Positions 14,057 to 20,922 of a stretch of DNA of 20,922 nt are shown here, piece after piece (position 1 is the stretch's first letter; each line of letters opens with the position of its first letter). The translations under genes were made by a program, and so were the position numbers. The DNA lies in the NCBI GenBank assembly GCA_038209745.1, contig JBBQXJ010000082.1, positions 1-20,922 of the forward strand, given 5' to 3'. The notes under the pieces were generated by a model that saw nothing but the letters and a program-made list of their open reading frames with translations, had not been told where the DNA came from and did no database searches. Source of the stretch: Verrucomicrobiota bacterium. GTDB taxonomy: Bacteria; Verrucomicrobiota; Verrucomicrobiia; Limisphaerales; CANJSG01.

Positions 14057-15934
14057 TCACGCCGTCCTCTTGTGGTAGAACCACCATTCGAACATCAGCA
14101 CTCCGAGCGCTCCGGCGGCGATCCAGCGCCACAGCTCCTTGCTCGAACGGCGCTGGGTGTCGGCGGCCAGTTCGCCCATCCGGCCGAGGTCGAGCTGCTC
14201 GCGCGGCTTGGTGTTGCTCTCGGCGGAGTCGAGCAGGCTCGCGGCGAAGGTGACGGAATTGGTCCCGGCCATGACGTGGTAGAGGCCGCTCTTGGCGGTG
14301 TCGCCGATGACGAGCTCGCGCTGGCCGGGGGCGACTTCGAGGGTTTTCTTTTCGCCGTCGGGTTTAGTCAGTTCCACCTGGGTGACGCCTTCCGCCACGG
14401 GCAGGCGAAACGGATCTCCGGGCCGCACGACCAGCAGGCTGGATTGAGCGGACTGCGAGTCGAGCCATTCGACGGCGTTGGCGATGAAGATGGGAAAGCT
14501 GATCCGCAGCGGCCAGGTGCTGTTCAACGTGTCGAAGCCGATCCAGACCAGACGATGCCCTTCCAGTTCTCCGGCCACGATCAGAGGCGTCCGGGTGGAT
14601 TCGAGGATGGTGATGCCCCATGAGGGCGTGGCCACGCCGACCGCTTCGGCGATCTGCACGGCGTCGAAATTCACGAAGCGGAGCAGGGGATGGGTGCCTT
14701 TCCAGTCGACGACGGCGGGATTCTCGACCGGGGCCTTGATGTCGAACCAGCCCGGCGCCATGGCCCGGATGGCGAGCGTCGGCCCCTTCGGCCAGGCGGA
14801 CGGCATGACATCGTCGAGGACCACCAGATCGAAACCAGTCGCGGATGCGTCGAGCGTGGCGGCGGTGGTGAGTTCCACGCGGGGCGCGGCGCGCAGGGCT
14901 TTTTCCAGAAAGCGGTTTCCCCGGCTGACGAGCAACACGTGGATGGGATGGGGCAGGAGGCTGGGAATGAAGGCGGAGTTGTCGACCGCCAGATCGTCGT
15001 CCGAGGTCAGCCGCAGCTCGAAGGCGCCGTCCTTCGATTGATCGGCGAGAAAGACCAACGGCACGGTTTCGCCGGCCTCCAAGTGGATCGGGCGGGCTTC
15101 GACCGACTGGTCCTCGAAGCGGAGATCCAGCGCGAGGTCGACCGCGTTCGTGGCGTAGTTGGCCACGGCGGTGTAGAGGGCGCGTTGCCGGCGGTTTTCA
15201 GGGTTCTCGCGGAGATCGAGGGAGACGATGCCGGCATTGTTCCCGCGCTGGCCGACGCGGTGGTAGACGAGGTTCAGGCCCTTGTTCGCGAATTCCCCGA
15301 GATCTCCGACGGCGCCGTCGGTGAAGAGATGGATCACCGAGTTGGCCGACGGGGCGTTGGTCGAAGCCCCGCCTTCCTTCTGTTCGACACCGGCGAGGGT
15401 CAGGGTCTGGGCGAGCTTGAGGGCGTCGCGGAGGCGGGTGGGCGAATCGACCGGTTTGGCCGCTTCGATCGCACGACGGAGGGCGGCCTTGTTGCCGGTG
15501 GCGGACTGGCGCACGTCGGTGACGGCGCCGGAGACGAGGACGACCATCGACTCCGAGTCGCGGAGCGTGTCCACCAGCGCGAGCGCCTCCTGGCGGGCCT
15601 TCTCGAAGCGGTTCGGCGCCTCGTCCGTCGACTGCATGGAGGCCGAGGCATCGAGGATGATGATGTGGAGCAGGCCGGTCTTCGTTTCTCCGGCGAAGAA
15701 CGGACGGGACAGCGCGAAGATGGCGAGGAGCAGGAGGAGGATCTGGAGGAGGAGCAGCCAATTGTGGCGGAGTCGCTGGAAGGGCGCGTTGGCCTGGGAT
15801 TCGGCGAGGAAGCGCTGCCACAGCAGGGTGCTGGGGACGATGTGGACCTTGCGTCGCCGTTTCAGGAGATAGAACACGACCACCACCGGGATGGTGGCGA
15901 GGAACCAGAACGCGGCTGGCGCGAGGAAGTTCAT
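14057..15934 (-). CDS. BatA (aerotolerance regulator N-terminal) + VWA domain membrane protein
   Basis: MNFLAPAAFWFLATIPVVVVFYLLKRRRK..VPSTLLW...WLLLLQILLLLLAIFALSRP; MIDAS IILDASASM...HLFTDG; C-terminal ELWRWIAAGALGVLMFEWW. Confidence 0.9.
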   Translation of the reverse strand: MNFLAPAAFWFLATIPVVVVFYLLKRRRKVHIVPSTLLWQRFLAESQANAPFQRLRHNWLLLLQILLLLLAIFALSRPFFAGETKTGLLHIIILDASASMQSTDEAPNRFEKARQEALALVDTLRDSESMVVLVSGAVTDVRQSATGNKAALRRAIEAAKPVDSPTRLRDALKLAQTLTLAGVEQKEGGASTNAPSANSVIHLFTDGAVGDLGEFANKGLNLVYHRVGQRGNNAGIVSLDLRENPENRRQRALYTAVANYATNAVDLALDLRFEDQSVEARPIHLEAGETVPLVFLADQSKDGAFELRLTSDDDLAVDNSAFIPSLLPHPIHVLLVSRGNRFLEKALRAAPRVELTTAATLDASATGFDLVVLDDVMPSAWPKGPTLAIRAMAPGWFDIKAPVENPAVVDWKGTHPLLRFVNFDAVQIAEAVGVATPSWGITILESTRTPLIVAGELEGHRLVWIGFDTLNSTWPLRISFPIFIANAVEWLDSQSAQSSLLVVRPGDPFRLPVAEGVTQVELTKPDGEKKTLEVAPGQRELVIGDTAKSGLYHVMAGTNSVTFAASLLDSAESNTKPREQLDLGRMGELAADTQRRSSKELWRWIAAGALGVLMFEWWFYHKRTA

Positions 15935-16202
15935 CCGCAGGGTGTCTCCTTGGACGGTTCAGGCGCTGGGAACGGCACGACCTGTTGGTAAGTGGGGCCG
16001 CGACCGGTGGCAAGCCGGGAGTCGTGGAAGTCGGGCCGGCTCTTCAAATCGCGTTTTGGCAGGCCGAGCAAACCTCCGGCTTTCTCCGGGTTGCTGCGGG
16101 TCGCCGAGCGGCTGGCCAGCCGGAACGGTGACGCTATGAAACACACTCTCGGATGATCGGACCGGTTCGGGCGAATCGTCCTGTCGGGTCCGTCGTTGTC
16201 GG

Positions 16203-16724
16203 ATGGGCGAAGGGGGCGTGACCATGGAGGAACCGGTCAAGGCGCGGGCCGGGCTCGATAGGGAAGACTTGATGGATCGCAAGGTCGCTTCGGTGGCGAA
16301 GCATGAGGAGCGGCTGTTGGACGCTCCCGCCGCCGTCAGCGTGCTGGTCGCCGGAGCGATCCGCCGATCCGGGGACTTGACCCAGCGGCATGCCCTGCGC
16401 CTGGTGCCGAGACACTCCGAGGCGCAGTCCGACAGCGTCACTTGGAGGAGCGGGCCCGCCCCGCGCGCAGTGGACCGCTCCGGACGGCAGCCGGGGCCGG
16501 GGCGGCTGCGATCCCCGTTCATTTCCACTGCCTCGTTCCGGCTCAGCTGCTCCAGCGAAGTCGGAAAGGGCACCACTTTCGTGGTCCGCCTTCCCGCCAG
16601 GCCCGAAGTCAAAGTCGGAGCGGATCGAGCCGGTGTCAGCTTTCGACAAGGCCCTTTTCGCCGCACGACGGGGCATTCGAGCTCGGCCCGGTCCGCTCGC
16701 CGGCGGCGCCGATTGGACGTTTGA
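16203..16724 (+). pseudogene. Chimeric remnant: TonB-dependent receptor plug N-terminus joined to a histidine kinase HATPase C-terminus
   Basis: LDREDLMDRKVASVAKHEERLLDAPAAVSVL...IRRSG....ALRLVP......VTW (about 16254-16445) matches TBDR plug starts. RLSCSSEVGKGTTFVVRLP (about 16539-16595) matches the HATPase_c G2-box tail. Confidence 0.7.
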
Positions 16725-16782
16725 ACACGGATTTCCCTCTGGCGTCTCAATTGGCTGTGGCGGCACTCTGCGCGCCGCGTTC

Positions 16783-18036
16783 ATGAGAAAGCCGTCTTTG
16801 TTCATCATCTTTCTGACCGTCTTCATCGACCTGGTCGGATTCGGAATCGTCCTGCCGCTGCTGCCGATCTTCGCCAAGAGCCTTGAGGCCAGCGGATTCG
16901 TCATCGGCTGCCTCATGGCCACGTATTCGGCCATGCAGTTCATCTTCGCGCCGATCTGGGGCCGGCTCTCCGACCGGGTGGGGCGCCGCCCGATTCTTCT
17001 GCTGAGCACGGCGGGCGCGGCGTTGTCCTATGTCGTCTTCGCCGTCGGCTCCGGCCAGACCGGAACGGCCGCCTTGATCCTGCTTTTTGCCGCGCGGATC
17101 GCCGCCGGCATCTGCGGCGCGAACATCACCGTGGCCCAGGCCTACATCGCCGACATCACACCGCCGGCGGAACGGTCGAAGCGGATGGGCCTGATCGGAA
17201 TGGCTTTCGGACTGGGCTTCATCTTCGGGCCGGTGCTGGGCGGGTTGGCCTTGAAGACCGGCAGCCTTTCGGCGCCCGGCTGGGTCGCGGCCGGACTCTG
17301 TGCTTTCAACTTCTGCTTCGCGTTCTTTCGACTCCCCGAAAGCCGCAAGCCCGGGTCGCGCCCCGTCGAGAACCGGCCTCGGCTACAGCAGTTTTTGTAC
17401 ACGATGAAGCAGCCGGGCATCTCCACCCTGGTCGGAGTCTTCTTTCTCGCGACGTTCAGCTTCACCTGCTTCGAGACGACGCTGGGACTGCTGGTCAGCA
17501 AGAACTTCAATCTCACCTACGAGAGTTTGAAAGGCGGCATCCACCAGTTCGACGCCAAGGTGGTCTACCTTTACGCCTTCTGCGGCATCGTCGGCGCCCT
17601 CGTGCAGGGCGGGCCGTTGGGCAAGATCGTCAAACGAATGGGCGAGCCGGCCTTGATCGCCGTGAGTCTTGTCTTCGTCGGAATCAGCCTCATCCCGATG
17701 CCCTTCGTCACGAACTGGCCGCTGCTCCTCCTCGTGCTCGCGGTGCTGGCGGTCGGCTCCAGCCTGACCCGGCCGCCCGTCTTCGGCATGCTGTCGAACC
17801 TCGCCTCCTCGGACGAACAGGGCGCCACCATCGGCGCCGCGCAGAGCGCCGGCAGCTTGGCGCGCATCGCCGGACCGATCTTCGCGGGGACGTTTTTCGA
17901 CCTCCATCCGTCATGGCCCTACATCGTCTGCGGCGCCGTTTCGCTGGTCACCGGATTGGGCTGCTTTGGGATGCTGAAGCGGGCCGCGGCAACCATCCCG
18001 TCCCGCATGGCCGACTCGCCGAACGCGGCGGTTTGA
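16783..18036 (+). CDS. MFS transporter, TetA-like drug:H+ antiporter (DHA1) family
   Basis: FLTVFIDLVGFGIVLPLLP, motif A WGRLSDRVGRRPILL, AYIADITPPAERSKRMGLIG and motif C GFIFGPVLGG; about 12 hydrophobic segments. Confidence 0.93.
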   Translation: MRKPSLFIIFLTVFIDLVGFGIVLPLLPIFAKSLEASGFVIGCLMATYSAMQFIFAPIWGRLSDRVGRRPILLLSTAGAALSYVVFAVGSGQTGTAALILLFAARIAAGICGANITVAQAYIADITPPAERSKRMGLIGMAFGLGFIFGPVLGGLALKTGSLSAPGWVAAGLCAFNFCFAFFRLPESRKPGSRPVENRPRLQQFLYTMKQPGISTLVGVFFLATFSFTCFETTLGLLVSKNFNLTYESLKGGIHQFDAKVVYLYAFCGIVGALVQGGPLGKIVKRMGEPALIAVSLVFVGISLIPMPFVTNWPLLLLVLAVLAVGSSLTRPPVFGMLSNLASSDEQGATIGAAQSAGSLARIAGPIFAGTFFDLHPSWPYIVCGAVSLVTGLGCFGMLKRAAATIPSRMADSPNAAV

Positions 18037-18063
18037 GGAGAGGATTGCGGGAAGGTAGCGTGC

Positions 18064-18212
18064 CGTAGGGCATTGCTCCCACCAATCCGCCGCGGGGTCC
18101 GACGACGACGGGACAGCCGCTCTGGAGACTGCTGGGAGTTCCGGAGTCGCCAGTGATTCATTCCGGATATGAGCCCGACCTAAGGCGGCTTGGCGGGAGC
18201 CGTCGGCCTGTC
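18064..18212 (-). mobile_element. Degenerate ~149-bp REPIN/MITE-like element (copy 2)
   Basis: Arm 18184-18212 matches arm 20723-20751 at 25/29 nt. The internal blocks CACTGGCGACT and GCGGCTG occur at the same spacing as in copy 1. The second arm (18064-18091) is decayed. Confidence 0.65.
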
Positions 18213-18238
18213 TCGATCAGCCTTCGTCGCCGGATTCT

Positions 18239-19069
18239 TCAGCTCGTGATTCCGTAGAACTTCGCGCAATTCCCACCGAAGAACTTGGCCTGCGCGTCCG
18301 CCGAGAAACCCGCCACGTAGTCGGCGGCCAATTCGTAGGCCTGCCCGTAGCTTGCGGCGAAAAGGCACACTGGCCAGTCCGAGCCAAACATCAGCCGGTC
18401 TTCGCCGAACGCTTCGAAGACGACGTCCAGATAGGGCCGGAAGTCGTCAGCCTTCCACCCGCGATGATCGGCCTCGGTCACCATGCCGGAGACTTTGCAG
18501 AAGCAGTTGGACGACTTGGCCAGTTCGCGGAGGTTCGAGGCCCAGGGTTCCAGCAGGCCGTCCTTGATCGCGGGTTTGGCGAGGTGGTCGAGGACGAAGG
18601 GTTGCTCGGGGAAACGCCGGACGAGCTCGATGGCGGCGGGCAGTTGCCCGGGGAAGATCAGCAGGTCGTAGGTCAGGCCGAACTTCCGGAGCTGACCGAT
18701 GCCCCGGACGAACTCCGGGCGAACGAGAAATTGGTCGTCCGGCTCGTCCTGCACCACGTGGCGGACGCCGACGAACTTCGGATGCCGCGCCAGCCGTTCG
18801 AGATCTTCCGCGACCCGTTCGCTCCGCAGATCCACCCAGCCGACGACGCCTTTCACCCGGTCATCCGCATCGGCCAAGCCGAGGAGCCAGTCCGATTCCG
18901 CCAACGACTGCCGCGCCTGCACGGCGATGGAGCCGTCGAAGCCGAGCGGTTGCTGGAGTTTGGCCAGATCCGCCGGCAACCAATCGCGGTGCAGCGGCGA
19001 GCCGGCGGGAATCCAAGGATACTGCACGGCATCGTGCCGCCAGAAGTGTTGGTGGGAGTCGAGGCGCAT
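18239..19069 (-). CDS. Amidohydrolase family protein (L-fuconolactonase-like sugar lactonase)
   Basis: LDSHQHFW, SIAVQARQS, VKGVVGWVDL, FVGVRHVVQDEPD, FVLDHLAKP, CKVSGMVTEA and RLMFGSDWPVC. Confidence 0.92.
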   Translation of the reverse strand: MRLDSHQHFWRHDAVQYPWIPAGSPLHRDWLPADLAKLQQPLGFDGSIAVQARQSLAESDWLLGLADADDRVKGVVGWVDLRSERVAEDLERLARHPKFVGVRHVVQDEPDDQFLVRPEFVRGIGQLRKFGLTYDLLIFPGQLPAAIELVRRFPEQPFVLDHLAKPAIKDGLLEPWASNLRELAKSSNCFCKVSGMVTEADHRGWKADDFRPYLDVVFEAFGEDRLMFGSDWPVCLFAASYGQAYELAADYVAGFSADAQAKFFGGNCAKFYGITS

Positions 19070-19155
19070 GGTTGGGTGCTTGAGGACGGAGTTCAGATTG
19101 GCAATTGACGGGCTTGAGAACAGTGGAAAGCAAATAGCCGAATCTCAATTCTTGT

Positions 19156-19572
19156 ATGAAACCTCTGCCGACGTCCGACAACGCATTGCTCATTCGGACT
19201 GACTTTTCGGATTCAGGAGCTTGGGACGAAACTTTCGCTCTGGTGCAGGAGCCCGCTGATCAGTTCGTCTTCAACATGGAGCTGGTCGACGACCCCGAGT
19301 TCTCCGAAAAAGCGGTGGCCGAGTTGTTGAAAGCGATCCCCGAGGACTGTCCGCACGGCTTCATCGTGGTCGCCGACGACCTGACCTTGTCCCTCCGGGA
19401 CCATCCGTTTTTGGTGGTGGATCTCGTGGACGAACCGGGACGGAGCTTTAGGGCAATCGCGTCCCAAGTCGCCGCGGTCGACAACAACCTCTCGATCGGG
19501 AACAAGGGGTTCGAGGAGTTTATCGGAGCAGTCGACGAGGACGGAGTTTTTGTTGGTTTCCCTGAGCTCTGA
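19156..19572 (+). CDS. DUF6924-like hypothetical protein
   Basis: LLIRTDFSD..AW, VDDP.F, FIVVAD..T, HPFLVVDL..EPGRSFR and VDNNLSIGN..FEEF...VDEDGVF.GF. Confidence 0.78.
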   Translation: MKPLPTSDNALLIRTDFSDSGAWDETFALVQEPADQFVFNMELVDDPEFSEKAVAELLKAIPEDCPHGFIVVADDLTLSLRDHPFLVVDLVDEPGRSFRAIASQVAAVDNNLSIGNKGFEEFIGAVDEDGVFVGFPEL

Positions 19573-19601
19573 CCGGAAAGGCGATGGCCTCCGAAACTGG
19601 C

Positions 19602-20627
19602 TCAAACCTTCACCATCGCTTTGATCACGCCGGTCTCCGGCTTCACGAAGCTGGGGAAGGCGGCGATCAATCCGTCGAAGTCGGTGCGGTGGGTGATCCA
19701 GGGATCGGTGTCGATCTGGCCGTCCTCGATCAGCCGGAGGATGCGGGTAAAATCGCCGGCGAGGGCGTTGCGGCTGGCAAGGATGGTCAGCTCCCGGCGG
19801 TGCATCACGGGGGCGTGCAGGAAGGAGACTTCCTGCTGGGTGATACCGACGTAGACGAGTCGCCCGGCGAAGGCGCAGTAGTTCAGGGCGTGGGCCATGG
19901 ACTTGTTCGAGCCGGTGGCGTCGATGACCACGTCGGCCAGTTGGCCGTTCGTGAGTTCGGTCAGGCGTTTCAGTTCTTCACCGTCGCCCGTCGTCAGGAT
20001 GGTGTCGGCGACGTGGAGCTTATCGCGGACGAACCGGAGGCGGCTTTCCACCATGTCCATGACGATGGTTTTGGCGCCGCTGAGGCGGGCGAATTCGATG
20101 ACGGAGAGGCCGATGGGACCGGCGCCGATGACGAGGACGTTTTCGCCGGGCTTGGGCGCGCCGCGGTCCACGGCGTGGCAGCCGATGGCCAGCGTCTCGA
20201 CGAGGGCGAGCTGTTCGAAGTCGAGCGTGGCGGAGACGTGGAGTTTTCGGGCGGGCAGGAGGATCTCGCGGGTCAGGCCGCCATCCATCATCACCCCGAG
20301 GGTTTTGTGCTGTTCGCAGCAATTGGTGAAGCCGCGGCGGCAGGAATGGCACTGCCCGCAGTTGATGTAGGGCTCGACGGAGCAGCGGTCGCCGGGCTGG
20401 ATATTCGTGACGCCCGCGCCGACTGAGAGGACTTCCACACCGAGTTCATGGCCGGGAATGCGCGGGTAGCTGAAGAACGGCATCTTGCCAAGGTAGCCGC
20501 CGAGATCCGTGCCGCAGATGCCGACCTGGTGGACGCGGACGAGGGCTTCACCGGGGCCCGGCGCGGCGGGTTCGGCGATGTCGACGAGGCGGAAGGAAAG
20601 GGGCTTTTCGAGCTGGATGGCTTTCAT
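19602..20627 (-). CDS. Zinc-binding (MDR) dehydrogenase, L-galactonate dehydrogenase (YjjN/LgoD)-like
   Basis: VGICGTD, PRIPGHELG, the structural Zn cluster CGQCHSCRRGFTNCC, VLVIGAGPIG and the C-terminal VIKAMV. Confidence 0.92.
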   Translation of the reverse strand: MKAIQLEKPLSFRLVDIAEPAAPGPGEALVRVHQVGICGTDLGGYLGKMPFFSYPRIPGHELGVEVLSVGAGVTNIQPGDRCSVEPYINCGQCHSCRRGFTNCCEQHKTLGVMMDGGLTREILLPARKLHVSATLDFEQLALVETLAIGCHAVDRGAPKPGENVLVIGAGPIGLSVIEFARLSGAKTIVMDMVESRLRFVRDKLHVADTILTTGDGEELKRLTELTNGQLADVVIDATGSNKSMAHALNYCAFAGRLVYVGITQQEVSFLHAPVMHRRELTILASRNALAGDFTRILRLIEDGQIDTDPWITHRTDFDGLIAAFPSFVKPETGVIKAMVKV

Positions 20628-20639
20628 GAATGCGGAACG

Positions 20640-20668
20640 GGTCTAAGGCGGCGGGCGGAGGGCGTCAA
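20640..20668 (-). promoter_or_regulatory. Putative sigma70 promoter of the dehydrogenase gene
   Basis: On the minus strand: TTGACG, 17 nt, TAGACC, ending 12 nt before the ATG. The -10 match is weak. Confidence 0.35.
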
Positions 20669-20722
20669 CTTGTCGGAGAGCGGCCTCGTTGCGGGGAGGT
20701 GGTGGAAACTTGGAAGGTAGGC

Positions 20723-20873
20723 GGTAGGTCGACGGCTCCCGCCGAGCCGCCCGGGGGGCTTTCTGCCGACGAGTCCGCTGCACTGGCGACTGATTGAGCG
20801 ACTGGAGCTACGAGGGCGGCTGGCTGGATCGGTTTTCGAATTCAGGCAGCTCGGCGGGTGCCGTCGTCCTACC
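20723..20873 (+). mobile_element. 151-bp REPIN/MITE-like element with 29-nt GTAG-initiated terminal inverted repeats (copy 1)
   Basis: GGTAGGTCGACGGCTCCCGCCGAGCCGCC (20723-20751) versus the reverse complement of 20845-20873, GGTAGGACGACGGCACCCGCCGAGCTGCC: 3 mismatches. Confidence 0.8.
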
Positions 20874-20922
20874 GGCTGCGCTATTTTGGGGGCACTTGGG
20901 TGGGGTGCATCAGGTAGGCGAC

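Noticed and set aside
16390..16782. 131-aa N-terminal extension of the MFS ORF
   Set aside because: The MFS family N-terminus begins at MRKPSLF (16783); the extension overlaps the pseudogene remnant.

Overview
High-GC bacterial chromosomal window. Gene content and style suggest Verrucomicrobiota or another PVC-group genome (inference only). The left part holds a 5'-truncated GT-A/GT2-like ORF, an M14 metallopeptidase, a 59-aa CPXCG Cys-rich gene missing from the ORF track, a DUF1080 lipoprotein, and rpsO-pnp with a promoter, terminators and a long leader hairpin. A GNAT gene and a low-GC orphan follow. The centre is a tightly coupled 6-gene minus-strand operon (15934->6986): BatA/VWA protein, Fe(III)-type ABC substrate-binding protein, ABC permease, NHL beta-propeller, small low-GC membrane protein, and a large VWA + GATase1-like membrane protein. 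No ABC ATPase or MoxR gene lies in the window. Four consecutive genes of this operon carry REP-like palindromes or short tandem repeats inside their reading frames, including a ~106-bp palindrome in frame in the middle of the permease. The right part has a chimeric remnant (TonB-dependent receptor N-terminus joined to a histidine-kinase C-terminus), a TetA-like MFS transporter, and an amidohydrolase / DUF6924 / Zn-dehydrogenase block bracketed by two colinear ~150-bp REPIN/MITE-like elements. All family calls come from motif recognition by eye; no searches were run.
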